Positions 18,497 to 28,385 of a stretch of DNA of 64,000 nt are shown here, in pieces. Position 1 is the first letter of the stretch, and each line of letters opens with the position of its first letter. The notes beneath the pieces were generated by a model. The model had not been told where the DNA came from. It saw nothing but the letters and a program-made list of their open reading frames with translations, and ran no database searches. The DNA is from Candidatus Dormibacteria bacterium (GTDB lineage: Bacteria; Chloroflexota; Dormibacteria; Aeolococcales; Bog-877): the NCBI GenBank assembly GCA_049518775.1, contig JBEKRL010000003.1, forward strand, positions 737 to 64,736. The letters are read 5' to 3'. Made by a program: the position numbers and the translations under genes.

Positions 18497-19228
18497 TCAT
18501 GCCCGCGGCCGCTGGAGCAGGCTGCGCAGCTCGAGCGCCAACTCTGCCCGGTCGGTCACCACTCCCCAGACGGCGTCGCAGGCGAGCCACCGCCTCAGCA
18601 CCCGGGGCCCGTTCACCGTCCAGGGCAGCAGCTCAAGCCCGGCCCCGCGGGCGTGGACAATGAGTTGTTCGCGCAGGAGACGGTGGTGCAGAGCCAGATG
18701 GGTCGCCCCCACCGAGCTGGCGGCCTGGACCGGGTCATGCTCTCCCCCACGACCCAAGGGCCGGGCCCAGATCAATCCCAGTCTGACGTTGAGGTCCAGG
18801 GCCCGGAGCTCACCCACCACCTTGGTCGAGAAGGAGGAGAGGAGTACCAACCCGGGCAGGGCCTGCCTTCGCACCACCTCAGACACCTCGGCCACGCACT
18901 CCGAGTCCTTCAACTCTAGGTCGATACCGATTCGACCGCGGGTCAGATCCAGGACCTCCTCCAGCCTGGGGACCGGCCTGCCGATGAGTTCAACCACTTC
19001 GCGATGGGTCAGGGAGTGGATGGAGCGTCCCTGTACCACTCCGTCATGGAGCACTATTAGCTCCCCCGACCCGCACCTCCACACGTCGAACTCCACCATG
19101 TCTGCCCCCAGCCCCACCGCGCCCTCGAAGGCAGCCAGGGTGTTCTCCGGGGCGATCCCCCAGGCTCCCCGGTGAGCGACCACAAGCGGCGTCAACTGAG
19201 CGACCTGGCCGAGGTGATCACCAGTCAC
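18497..19228 (-). CDS. glycerophosphodiester phosphodiesterase family protein
   Basis: LVVAHRGAWGIAPENTLAAFEGAVGLGADMVEFDVWRCGSGELIVLHD, the GDPD signature. The start is uncertain: GTG 19228 is chosen, while the track ATG at 19354 would overlap the lexA -10. Confidence 0.7.
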   Translation of the reverse strand: MTGDHLGQVAQLTPLVVAHRGAWGIAPENTLAAFEGAVGLGADMVEFDVWRCGSGELIVLHDGVVQGRSIHSLTHREVVELIGRPVPRLEEVLDLTRGRIGIDLELKDSECVAEVSEVVRRQALPGLVLLSSFSTKVVGELRALDLNVRLGLIWARPLGRGGEHDPVQAASSVGATHLALHHRLLREQLIVHARGAGLELLPWTVNGPRVLRRWLACDAVWGVVTDRAELALELRSLLQRPRA

Positions 19229-19345
19229 CTCTGCAGAAGTGGCGGCCGCGCCCGCTGGACGGCTGGCCTCGGCGCAGCACCAGATCTCCCCGAAGGCGGC
19301 TCGCCCCCTTGAAGCGAACAGCCGTTTGCACCGGGGCCTCGTTGG

Positions 19346-19354
19346 TGCTACCAT
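19346..19354 (+). promoter_or_regulatory. extended -10 TGcTACCAT of lexA
   Basis: TG-n-TANNNT about 67 nt upstream of the lexA ATG, immediately followed by the LexA-box-like site. Confidence 0.4.
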
Positions 19355-19360
19355 CTTGAT

Positions 19361-19374
19361 CGATCATTTGTTCT
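19361..19374 (+). promoter_or_regulatory. degenerate LexA box CGATCATTTGTTCT (autoregulation candidate)
   Basis: Matches CGAAC-N4-GTTCG at 12 of 14 positions (GATC-N4-GTTC core). It is positioned at the predicted lexA transcription start. Confidence 0.5.
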
Positions 19375-19420
19375 GGGGCCGGGCGACGCAAAGCTGGGCC
19401 CCGTCGAAGGGAGCCGTCAG

Positions 19421-20059
19421 ATGCCCGAAGGCCTCCATCCGCGCCAGCAGGAAATCCTCGACTACCTGCGATCCCGCAGCCGTGACGGCGCCTACCCACC
19501 GTCGGTCCGAGAGATTGGGCGGGCGGTGGGACTGAGTTCGAGTTCGACCGTCCAGAATCATCTCAATCTCCTGGAGCGCCGGGGACTCATCCGCCGCGAC
19601 CCCACCAAGTCTCGGACGGTGCTCCTCACCGACTTCACCCCGGCTTCGCGCCAATTGTCGCAATCCCACTGGCTACCGCTGGTTGGCCAGGTCGCGGCCG
19701 GTGCTCCCCTGCTCGCCGAGCAGAACATCGAGGATCGCATCGCCGTCGGCCCGGAGATCGCCGGTGGGGACGACTCCTTCCTGCTGCGGGTGAGGGGCGA
19801 CAGCATGACCGGTGATGGCATCTTCGATGGTGACCTCGTCGTGGTCAAGCCCAACTGTGACGTGCCCAATGGGAGCATGGCCGTGGTCCGGGTGGAGAAT
19901 CCGGCCACCGGTGAGGGCGAAGTCACAGTCAAACGGATCTATCGAGAGCAGGGCCACCTCCGGCTCCAGCCATCCAACGATGCCTATGCCCCGCTGATCG
20001 TCACCGAAGCGGAGCTGGAGGGCAAGGTGGTCGCCGTCATCCGGGTACTCGGTCCGTAG
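19421..20059 (+). CDS. lexA: LexA repressor
   Basis: Winged-helix N-domain (PPSVREIGRAVGLSSSSTVQNHLNLLERRGLIRR), cleavage region VAAG, Ser/Lys dyad context (RVRGDSM ... VTVKRI). GAAGGGAG SD. Confidence 0.95.
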   Translation: MPEGLHPRQQEILDYLRSRSRDGAYPPSVREIGRAVGLSSSSTVQNHLNLLERRGLIRRDPTKSRTVLLTDFTPASRQLSQSHWLPLVGQVAAGAPLLAEQNIEDRIAVGPEIAGGDDSFLLRVRGDSMTGDGIFDGDLVVVKPNCDVPNGSMAVVRVENPATGEGEVTVKRIYREQGHLRLQPSNDAYAPLIVTEAELEGKVVAVIRVLGP

Positions 20060-20081
20060 CTAGGGCCGGCCGGTCGGCTGG

Positions 20082-21386
20082 CTACTTGTCCGCCTCATCC
20101 CGGCCCATGGTCTGGACCATCGACTCCGGGAGTCGCCCGCGAACCCGGATCCCGTCGCTGGTGAAATCCTCAGCCTCGACCACGCCGTAGCGGCGCCACC
20201 TGGACAGGGCAGCCCAGTTGTCATAGGCGATCACGGTCTCCACCGGCAGCATGTCGCGGACCAGGGCCTCGCCAATGGCAGACCGAAGTGAGTCCAGTCC
20301 TTCTCCGCTCACTGCGCTCACGGAGACGACATCCAGGTAGGGGGTCCGCTGCAAGGTGCTGAGTCGCCTGCGACTGTCCGGGGAGCAAAGATCCACCTTG
20401 CTAATTGCGAGGAGGATCGGCCGGTCCTCGAGATCGAGCTCCCGGAGGGTGCTGTGGACGGTCTCCAGCCGCTTCTCGGCGCCGGCCCGGCTCGCGTCCA
20501 GCACATGGACCAGGAGGTCCGCTTCCGCAAGCTCCTCCAGAGTGGCATGGAACGCGGCTACCAATTCGTGGGGCAGCTTCTGAATGAAGCCCACGGTGTC
20601 CACCAGCAGGCATGGCTGACCCAGAGGCAGCCGCACCGCCCTAGTGGTCGGGTCCAGAGTGGCAAAGAGCTGGTTCTCCGTCAGAGCCCCGCCCTCAGTC
20701 AGAGCGTTGAGCAGGGTGGACTTGCCAGCGTTGGTGTAGCCAACTAGCGCAACCGTCCGAAAGGGCAGGCGACGGCGACTCTCCCGGTGCAGCGAGCGCT
20801 CGTCCTCGAGCTGGGACAGCTCCTTCTGGAGTGACCGGAGACGGTTTCGAATCCGGCGCCGGTCACTCTCCAGCTTCTGCTCGCCTGGACCTCTGGTCCC
20901 AATGCCACCCCCCAGGCGAGACAGTCCCTCGGTGCTGGCGAGTCTTGGCAGGAGATGCTCCAGCTGGGCCACCTCCACCTGGATCCTGCCCTCTCGAGAC
21001 CGGGCGTGCTGGGCGAAGATGTCAAGGATCAGGCCGGTGCGGTCGACGATCGGCACTTCCAACTCCCGCTCCAGATTCCGCTGCTGGCGTGGTGAGAGGT
21101 CATCGTTGGTGATGAGCAGGCCGAACCCCAGGCTCTCCCTGAGCGCCCGCAGTTCAGCTATCTTGCCGCTCCCGAAGAAGAGCGACGGGTCGACCTGAGG
21201 GCGCTTCTGGACGTCGGACCCCACCACCTCGGCACCGGCTGTCCGTGCCAGCTCGCGGAGCTCGTCCATCTCCAGTTCCACCTGGTTGAGGGCCCGCTCC
21301 GAGGGCACCCAGCCGAGCAGAAAGGCCCGCTCACGATCGCTCCGAAGAGACTCGTCGAATACTCTCAAGGCAACCCCTGGCCGCAC
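20082..21386 (-). CDS. hflX: GTPase HflX
   Basis: GYTNAGKSTLLNALT (G1), LFATLDPTTR, DTVGFIQKLPHELVAAFHATLEE. The start is either GTG 21386 or TTG 21368, the latter overlapping the miaA stop as TTGA. The track ORF start at 21548 lies inside miaA. Confidence 0.85.
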   Translation of the reverse strand: MRPGVALRVFDESLRSDRERAFLLGWVPSERALNQVELEMDELRELARTAGAEVVGSDVQKRPQVDPSLFFGSGKIAELRALRESLGFGLLITNDDLSPRQQRNLERELEVPIVDRTGLILDIFAQHARSREGRIQVEVAQLEHLLPRLASTEGLSRLGGGIGTRGPGEQKLESDRRRIRNRLRSLQKELSQLEDERSLHRESRRRLPFRTVALVGYTNAGKSTLLNALTEGGALTENQLFATLDPTTRAVRLPLGQPCLLVDTVGFIQKLPHELVAAFHATLEELAEADLLVHVLDASRAGAEKRLETVHSTLRELDLEDRPILLAISKVDLCSPDSRRRLSTLQRTPYLDVVSVSAVSGEGLDSLRSAIGEALVRDMLPVETVIAYDNWAALSRWRRYGVVEAEDFTSDGIRVRGRLPESMVQTMGRDEADK

Positions 21387-22303
21387 GCCAGCCCCACCGC
21401 TGACACGCCCGCGCTCACCATCTCCTCCAGGCCTGTCCCCGCGTCGATCCAGACAACGCTGGGCTCGCTCCGCAGCCAGGTCATCTGGGCTCGGGCATAG
21501 CGCCAGGTCCTGGCCGCCAACCGCTCTGCCGCCTCCCGGCGCGAGCACCTACCCGCCACCCAGTCAACCGCCTCAGCGTACCCGATTGCAGCGCTGGCCA
21601 CCAGTGCCGGGGGGTAGCCCCGGGCCACCAGGGAGCGCACCTCCGCGGCCAAGGGCTCCCCCATCAGCCGATCCGAGCGCTCCTCGACCCTGCGGCGGAG
21701 CTGATCCGGCCCGATGCGGCAACCCAACCGCAGGGACCGCCACCGCGGGGCGGCGCGGGACGCCCTGGTCCCGGCGCGCGCCAGTTCAACCGCGCGCACC
21801 AGCCGGCGCGGATTGCTGATGTCGATCGCCGCCGCCCGCTCCGGGTCCAGACGGGTCAGCTCGGCCAGCACCTCCGGGTTCTCGGCCGGCAACGTTGGCC
21901 GCTCCTTCCCGGGAGGAACCCCCCCGAAGTCGAAACCATCGAGCAGGGCTCTCACGTACAGGCCCGTCCCCCCGACCACCACCGGGATGCGGCCCAGATC
22001 CTGGAGATCTCCAATGGTCGAGGCCGCCAGCTGCCGATACCGGCCCGCCGAGAATGGCTCCCCCAGATGGGCCCAGTCGAGCCCGTGGCAGACCACTCCC
22101 CGGAGCTCGGCCGAGGTCGGCTTGCAGACCCCCACCTCTAACTCGGCAATCGCCTGCCGCGAGTCGGCGTTCACCATCTCGCCGCCCAGTTCTCGGCAGA
22201 GGCCGGCGGCCAGCTGAGTCTTGCCGGACGCGGTCGGGCCCATCACCGCCAGGACCAGATGCGGACCCACGAGGCTTGCGGGGGCCTCCTGCCGAGGGCT
22301 CAA
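21365..22303 (-). CDS. miaA: tRNA dimethylallyltransferase
   Basis: P-loop GPTASGKT, VNADSRQ, VVGGTGLYVRALLDG. Confidence 0.9.
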   Translation of the reverse strand: MSPRQEAPASLVGPHLVLAVMGPTASGKTQLAAGLCRELGGEMVNADSRQAIAELEVGVCKPTSAELRGVVCHGLDWAHLGEPFSAGRYRQLAASTIGDLQDLGRIPVVVGGTGLYVRALLDGFDFGGVPPGKERPTLPAENPEVLAELTRLDPERAAAIDISNPRRLVRAVELARAGTRASRAAPRWRSLRLGCRIGPDQLRRRVEERSDRLMGEPLAAEVRSLVARGYPPALVASAAIGYAEAVDWVAGRCSRREAAERLAARTWRYARAQMTWLRSEPSVVWIDAGTGLEEMVSAGVSAVGLACGQGLP

Positions 22304-24021
22304 CGGCGGGCGAACGCGGAGAGCAGGTGCGTCTCCGAGAGAAGCAGCAAGGCGGGGCGCCCATGTGGGCAGGTGATGCCTCCCGGGGTATCGGCCAGAT
22401 CGCTCAGGAGCCGGGCCACCTCCTCAGGATTGACTGGGTCGCCGAAGCGGACCGCGCTGTGGCAGGCGATGGAAGCCGCCACCCGATGCTGCTTCCCGGC
22501 CTCCCCCTCGGGGACCTCCTGGGTGCCGGCAAGCACCTCGGCCAGAAGCTGGGGCAGCTCTGAGAGCCTGCTCCCGGGCGGGACGGCGGAGCACCGGACC
22601 GTGCCCTCCCCGAACGCCGCCAGCTCGAAGCCGGCGCGCTCCAGCAGCGGTTCCGCGGCGGCAAGCTCTGCGACCGCCTGGGGCCCCACCTCCACCAGGG
22701 CCGGCTGGAGCAGCCGCTGGGCAGGTGTCGCCCCGCTTGGCGCAGACTCACGGAGACGACCAAGGATCCGGGTGTAGAGAACCTTCTCGTGAGCGGCATG
22801 CTGGTCCAGCAGGGCGATTCCGGTACTGGTCTCCACCACCAGGTAGCGGTTGTGCGCCTGCCCCAGATAGCGCCACGAGGCGGCCGCCCCGAGGGGCTCC
22901 GATGGGGCGGCGACCGGCCCCGGCCCACCCACGAGGGGCAGCTCCTCGGCAAGCTCTGCCCAGGGGCCGGGAGCTCGGGCGCTCCCACCGCCAGCCGCAC
23001 TCCCGATCCCCGCGCGCCCCCCGCTGGGGAGCGGCAGCTGACCTGGCCCAAGCCCCTGGAGTGCTCCCCAGCATGCTCGTTGGACGGCTTCGAAGAAGCG
23101 TGACTCATCGCCGAAGCGGACCTCTCGCTTGGTGGGGTGGACGTTGACGTCCACCTCGCTGGGATCGCAGCGGATGTCCAGGACCGCCACCGGGTACCGA
23201 CCCACCGGGAGCAGTCCTCGGTAGGCGCCCTCCACCGCCGCCACCAGGGCCCGCTGGTGAACGCGCCGGCCGTTGACCATCAGCACCAGCGAGCTGCGGC
23301 TGGCCCGGGCCACCTCGGGCGGGCCGATCAGTCCCGCCACGCAGACTCCGCCCCCGGTCCACTCCACCGCAAGCAGGTCGGCCGACTCCGCCTTCCCCAG
23401 CACCGAGCGGGCCGCCTCTTGCAGGCCCCCCCGTCCCGGAGCCCCCAGCGATCGGCGCCCGTCGACCCGCACCTCGAAGGCTACGTCTGGCCGGCTCAGC
23501 GCCGCCTCGGCGACCACTCGCAGACAGGCGCTGGCCTCGGCCCTGGTGCTGCGCAGGAAGGCGCGCCGGGCCGGCGTCTTGCCGAAGAGGTTCCGCACCT
23601 CGACCACCGTGCCCGGCGGGGCCGCCACCGGCACCGGGACAGCGACCTCCCGGTCCGTGACCTCGATCCGGGCCCCGGACGATGACCGCCGGTCCCAGGA
23701 GGTCGCGCTCACCTGGGCTGCGGACGCGATGCTGGCCAGGGCTTCGCCTCGGAAGCCAAAGGTGGAGATCCAAGCCAGGTCGTCGATCACCGACAACTTG
23801 CTGGTGGCGTGGCGCTGGAACGCCAGGCCCAGCTCCGCCGCCGACATGCCGTCCCCGTCATCGGCAACCCGGATCAGCTCCGCCCCCCCAGCCTGGAACT
23901 CCACGGTGATGCGATGGGCGCCCGCGTCCAACGAATTCTCCACCAGCTCCTTGACCACTGAGGCCGGCCTCTCGATCACCTCACCGGCGGCGATGGCCTC
24001 GGCAACCTGCGGTTTGAGCAC
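22300..24021 (-). CDS. mutL: DNA mismatch repair protein MutL (endonuclease type)
   Basis: IAAGEVIERPASVVKELVENSLDAGA ATPase N-domain. C-terminal DQHAAHEKVLY endonuclease motif. GTG start. 4-nt overlap with miaA. Confidence 0.9.
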   Translation of the reverse strand: MLKPQVAEAIAAGEVIERPASVVKELVENSLDAGAHRITVEFQAGGAELIRVADDGDGMSAAELGLAFQRHATSKLSVIDDLAWISTFGFRGEALASIASAAQVSATSWDRRSSSGARIEVTDREVAVPVPVAAPPGTVVEVRNLFGKTPARRAFLRSTRAEASACLRVVAEAALSRPDVAFEVRVDGRRSLGAPGRGGLQEAARSVLGKAESADLLAVEWTGGGVCVAGLIGPPEVARASRSSLVLMVNGRRVHQRALVAAVEGAYRGLLPVGRYPVAVLDIRCDPSEVDVNVHPTKREVRFGDESRFFEAVQRACWGALQGLGPGQLPLPSGGRAGIGSAAGGGSARAPGPWAELAEELPLVGGPGPVAAPSEPLGAAASWRYLGQAHNRYLVVETSTGIALLDQHAAHEKVLYTRILGRLRESAPSGATPAQRLLQPALVEVGPQAVAELAAAEPLLERAGFELAAFGEGTVRCSAVPPGSRLSELPQLLAEVLAGTQEVPEGEAGKQHRVAASIACHSAVRFGDPVNPEEVARLLSDLADTPGGITCPHGRPALLLLSETHLLSAFARR

Positions 24022-24071
24022 ATGGATCCGCTGCCTGTCCGAGGGCCCATGGGCAGGGGGCTGGTTGCGGT

Positions 24072-26693
24072 TCAGTTGGGCTCCCCCGCCCGGCGCTGCC
24101 AGTCCGCGATCCTCTGGAGCGCCTCCAGCGGAGTCATGCCCTCAATGCTCAGCTGCTCGAGCTCCACCATCACCGGATGAGGCACCGTCAGCGGCAGGGC
24201 CAGCTGCTGGTCGGGCGGTTTCGGCTCCGAGAGTGGCCGCTCCGCCTCTCGGTCGGCCAGGATGCGAGCGGCACGGTCGACGACACTCCGGGGCAGCCCG
24301 GCCAGCTGGGCCACGTTGATTCCGTAGGAGCGATCCGCGCCACCGGCGACGATCCGGTGCAGGAAGACGACCTGGGCCTCGCCGCCTTCCTCCCGTTCCA
24401 CCACCTCGACCCGGTAGTTGCGCAGCTTGGGCAGCTCCTCGGCAAGGGCGGTGAGCTCGTGGTAGTGGGTGGCGAAGAGCACTCTCCTCGGCATTCCGGG
24501 GTGATCGTGGAGGTGCTCGAGAATGGCCTGGGCGATGCTCATGCCATCGTACGTGCTGGTTCCGCGCCCGATCTCATCGAGGATGACCAGGCTTCGGGGC
24601 GACGCCTGGCTCAGGATCAGGGCCATCTCCTCCATCTCCACCATGAAGGTGCTCCGCCCCGAGGCGATGTCGTCCTGGGCCCCGACCCGGGTGAAGATGC
24701 GATCCACCAAGCCCCAGCGCGCACTGGCGCAGGGCACCATGGAGCCCACCTGGCCCAGGAGACAGATCAACGCCACCTGGCGCAGGAATGTGGACTTCCC
24801 CGCCATGTTGGGGCCGGTCAGCAGCCAAACCCGCTCCTCCTCCCCATCGATGGTGGCGTCGTTGGGCACGAAGCGGCCGGCGCCCAGGCTCGCCTCCACC
24901 AGGGGATGACGACCCTGGCGCAGCTCGAGACCGAGGCCGTCGTCGATCATCGGCACCGTCCAGCCGTACTCCACCCCCACCTCGGCCAGCCCTTGGAGAA
25001 CGTCCAGCGTACCCAGGGCCAGGGCAGCCCGGCTGATCAGCCCAACCTCCGCGACCACCGCCCCTACCAGCGCCTTGAGGCACTCGAGCTCACGCCCCGC
25101 CGCCCGATCTCTGGCCGTGAGGACCACGTTCTCCCGTTCCTTCAGCTCGGGCGTGATGTAGCGCTCGGCCCCAACTAGGGTTTGCCGCCGCACATATTCG
25201 TCGGGAATGGACTCCCGGGCCGAGTTGCGAATCTCGATGTAGTAACCAAAGACCCGGTTGTAGCCAACCCGCAGACTCCGGATGCCGGTGCGCTCCCGCT
25301 CCGACGCCTCCAGCTTGGAAAGGTACTCCCGGGCTCCGGAGCTGGTCTGCCGGATTTGGTCGAGCTCCGCGTCGAACCCGCCTTTGATGAAGCCCCCGTC
25401 GCGGACCTGGGCGGGAGGGTCATCGACCAGCGCCCGTCGCAACAGAGCCGCCAGCTCCGCGGAGGGCCCGGCGAGGTCGCGGCTCAGGTGCTCCAACCAG
25501 CTGGCCCTGGCCGGGGCCAGTTCGGAACTCAAGCGCGGCAGCTGCTCCAAGGTGCTCGCCAGGCTCGCCAGGTCACGGGCGCCCGCACTGCCGTGGGCGC
25601 AGCGACCGACCAGCCTTTCCAGGTCGCGGCACGAGCGCAGAGATTCCCTGACCGCCGCCCGCACCGCCCCCTTCTCGGCCAGCTCCGAGACCGCCCCCTG
25701 GCGTTCCTGGATCGGGCCCAGCATGCTGAGCGGCTCCAGCACCCAGGAACGAAGATGACGGGCACCCAGCGAGGTAAGAGTCCGGTCGATCAGCTTGGCC
25801 AGTGAGGGACCGCCTCCGACCGTCTCCGTCAGCTCAAGGCTCCGACGGGTGGAGGGATCGAGACTCATGGTCTCCGCGGGCAGGGCCCAGCTGATGGCCA
25901 GGAACGCCGGATCCAGCTCCAGCTCGCTCTCCCGGCAGTAGTCGGCCAAGGCAGCCAGCGCCGCCAGCGCGCGCCCCTCGCCCGGATCCGCCACCCCCAA
26001 TGGAGGTGCCCCCCCTGAGCTCTTCATCAACTCCCCTCCCCGGACGGCGTCGAAGGCGGGGGGAGGCCGCCAGGTCAGGCTGGCGCCGGAAGGAATGTGG
26101 GACGGGACCCGGGACCCCTCAGGGAGCACCAGCTCCGCGGTCTCCAGGGCGCCGATCTGGTAGGCCAGAAGGGGGGAATCCATCCCACCGGCGACGACCC
26201 GCAGTTGACACCTGCCCGTGCTCACATCCAGGGCCGCCAGCCCAACCGCGCCCCCGTCTCCGCAGACAGCGACACAGCGCACCGTCGCGCCAGCCGGCAG
26301 CATGCTGTCCTCGATGAGGGTGCCGGCCGTCAGCACCCGGACGACCCGGCGAGCGACCAGCCGACCCGGCTGCGGGTTCTCGACCTGGTCGCAGACGGCA
26401 ACCTTGAGCCCGGCCTCCAGAAGCTTTCGGGCGTAGGTCTCCAGGCTGTGATGAGGGACGCCGCACATGGGCATTCGTCCAGCCCTGCCGAAGGCCCTGG
26501 CCGTCAGGGCCACCCCCAGGATCGGTGCGGCCTGCTCGGCATCCTCGCCGAACAACTCAAAGAAGTCGCCCAGCCGAAAGAGAACCACACAGCCCGGGTG
26601 GGCCCGCTTGGCCGCCCAGTATTGGCGGACGGCCGGCGTGTCCGAGGCCCCCGAGCTCGCCTCGGCCTCAGGGCTGCGGGCGGGCCCGGACAT
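24072..26693 (-). CDS. mutS: DNA mismatch repair protein MutS
   Basis: GDFFELFGEDA mismatch-binding region and Walker A GPNMAGKSTFLRQ. ATG 26693 overlaps the miaB stop (TGATG); the alternative ATG is at 26714. Confidence 0.9.
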   Translation of the reverse strand: MSGPARSPEAEASSGASDTPAVRQYWAAKRAHPGCVVLFRLGDFFELFGEDAEQAAPILGVALTARAFGRAGRMPMCGVPHHSLETYARKLLEAGLKVAVCDQVENPQPGRLVARRVVRVLTAGTLIEDSMLPAGATVRCVAVCGDGGAVGLAALDVSTGRCQLRVVAGGMDSPLLAYQIGALETAELVLPEGSRVPSHIPSGASLTWRPPPAFDAVRGGELMKSSGGAPPLGVADPGEGRALAALAALADYCRESELELDPAFLAISWALPAETMSLDPSTRRSLELTETVGGGPSLAKLIDRTLTSLGARHLRSWVLEPLSMLGPIQERQGAVSELAEKGAVRAAVRESLRSCRDLERLVGRCAHGSAGARDLASLASTLEQLPRLSSELAPARASWLEHLSRDLAGPSAELAALLRRALVDDPPAQVRDGGFIKGGFDAELDQIRQTSSGAREYLSKLEASERERTGIRSLRVGYNRVFGYYIEIRNSARESIPDEYVRRQTLVGAERYITPELKERENVVLTARDRAAGRELECLKALVGAVVAEVGLISRAALALGTLDVLQGLAEVGVEYGWTVPMIDDGLGLELRQGRHPLVEASLGAGRFVPNDATIDGEEERVWLLTGPNMAGKSTFLRQVALICLLGQVGSMVPCASARWGLVDRIFTRVGAQDDIASGRSTFMVEMEEMALILSQASPRSLVILDEIGRGTSTYDGMSIAQAILEHLHDHPGMPRRVLFATHYHELTALAEELPKLRNYRVEVVEREEGGEAQVVFLHRIVAGGADRSYGINVAQLAGLPRSVVDRAARILADREAERPLSEPKPPDQQLALPLTVPHPVMVELEQLSIEGMTPLEALQRIADWQRRAGEPN

Positions 26694-27940
26694 CACCCAG
26701 CCACCAGCTGCCACGCCGTGGCCGAGACCACCCGGGCCCAGACCGTCTCGCCGGGCTGGGCATGCCTCTCGAGCCAGGTGACCCGGTTCTGCCGGGTCCG
26801 CCCATAGGCCCGCCCGTCGACGCCGACTCCTTCGACCAGGACCTCGACGCGGCTGCCGACCAGCGCGCTGTTCCGCTCCTGGCTGATCGACCGCTGGAGC
26901 TCCAGAACCGCCTGGAGGCGCTCCTTCTTCACCACCAGGGGCACGTCGTCAGCCCGCCGGTACGCCGCCGTCCCGGGCCGCGGCGAATAGGCCTGGACGT
27001 GGACGGTGTCGAAGCGGACGTCGGCCAGCATCCCCAGAGTGTCCGCGAATTCGTCGTCGGTCTCCCCGCAGAAACCGACTATGACGTCGGTGCTCAGCCC
27101 GACGCCCTCGATCCCGGCCCGGGCCCGGTCGAGGACCCTGCGATATTGGCCGACCGAGTACTCGCGCTTCATCCGACGCAGGCAGGAATCGCTGCCGGAC
27201 TGAACGGGGAGGTGGAACTGCTCACAGGCGGTCTCCAGATCGGCGATGGCGTCGAGCAGGCGCTCTGAGGCGTTCCGGGGATGGGAGGTCAGGAAGCGGA
27301 GACGCTTCAGCCCGGGCACCCGGTCCACTCTGGCCATCAGTTCGGGCAGGCCGGATCCATCCTCCGGGCTCACGTAAGAGTTGACGTTCTGCCCCAGCAG
27401 GGTTATCTCCAGCACCCCGCGCTCCACCATCCGCCGCGCCTCGGCCTCGATCTGCTCGGCTGGCCGGCTCGTCTCCCTGCCGCGGACGAAGGGAACGATG
27501 CAGTAGGTGCACATCTCATTGCACCCCAGCATGACCGGGAGGTAGGCGACTAGGCGGTCCGACGCCGGGAGCGGAATCGGGCCCTCCAGAGCCCCCTGGT
27601 AGAGGTCCTGGAGGCGGACGAAGAAGCCGTCCGGATCGCGCATGTCAAAGACGTAGTCGAGTTGGGAGAAGCGGCGCAGCAGGCTCTGCCCATGCTCGCC
27701 CACCATGCACCCGGTGAGGGCGATGGCTCGCCCTGGGCGTGAGCTCTTCCATCCCGCCAACTTCCCCAGGTGACTGCTGGCGCGGTCCTCCGCGTGCTGG
27801 CGGACCGCACAGGTGATCAGCACCACCAGATCGGCGTCCTCGAGTTCGACCCCGGGCACCATCCCCAGCTCGGCGAACCGCTCCGCCAGGAAGTCGGCGT
27901 CGGCGCCGTTCATCTGGCAGCCCACCTGCCAGATGCTCAC
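26693..27940 (-). CDS. miaB: tRNA-i6A37 methylthiotransferase
   Basis: GCQMN N-terminal cluster region, radical-SAM CNEMCTYCIVP, C-terminal TRAM-like domain. GTG start. Confidence 0.9.
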   Translation of the reverse strand: MSIWQVGCQMNGADADFLAERFAELGMVPGVELEDADLVVLITCAVRQHAEDRASSHLGKLAGWKSSRPGRAIALTGCMVGEHGQSLLRRFSQLDYVFDMRDPDGFFVRLQDLYQGALEGPIPLPASDRLVAYLPVMLGCNEMCTYCIVPFVRGRETSRPAEQIEAEARRMVERGVLEITLLGQNVNSYVSPEDGSGLPELMARVDRVPGLKRLRFLTSHPRNASERLLDAIADLETACEQFHLPVQSGSDSCLRRMKREYSVGQYRRVLDRARAGIEGVGLSTDVIVGFCGETDDEFADTLGMLADVRFDTVHVQAYSPRPGTAAYRRADDVPLVVKKERLQAVLELQRSISQERNSALVGSRVEVLVEGVGVDGRAYGRTRQNRVTWLERHAQPGETVWARVVSATAWQLVAG

Positions 27941-28041
27941 CCGTGGCGCCCTGTCCCCCGGGGCGGTGATGGGGGCCCGCCGAGGACGAGCCTCCAGCAG
28001 CGGCAGCGGGCTGAAGACCGACCTGGGACCGGCTCGTCCGG

Positions 28042-28359
28042 TCAGCGGGTTTCCACGATGAGGCGCATACCGGTTCGCTCCTCCCCATCGATGGCGATAT
28101 CGATGAATGAGGGTATGCAGACCAGCTCAAGCCCTCCCGGCGCCACATACCCGCGAGAGATCGCGATCGCCTTGACCGCCTGGTTGATCGCCCCCGCCCC
28201 GATCGCCTGGATCTCGACCCGGTGATGGGTCCGGACCACGCCCGCGATCGCCCCGGCAACCCGCACCGGCTGCGAGGTGGCTGAGACCTTGAGTACTTCC
28301 ACTGGGGTGGCGGCGCTCCCGCCGGTGGATGAGGGGGGAATTGGCAAGATGGACAACAT
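28042..28359 (-). CDS. spoVS: SpoVS-family protein
   Basis: VEVLKVSATSQPVRVAGAIAGVVR...EIQAIGAGAINQAVKAIAISRGYVAPGGLELVCIPSFIDIAIDGEERTGMRLIV aligns along its whole length with the 86-aa B. subtilis SpoVS as I remember it. The start is either ATG 28359 or GTG 28302. Confidence 0.8.
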   Translation of the reverse strand: MLSILPIPPSSTGGSAATPVEVLKVSATSQPVRVAGAIAGVVRTHHRVEIQAIGAGAINQAVKAIAISRGYVAPGGLELVCIPSFIDIAIDGEERTGMRLIVETR

Positions 28360-28385
28360 CCTGGGTTGTGAGGGGAATTCTAAGG

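Noticed and set aside
17319-18919. 269-aa minus-strand and 339-aa plus-strand ORFs around the LysM and GDPD genes
   Set aside because: They run through the LysM gene, its promoter and the GDPD gene in wrong frames, and no motifs are present.
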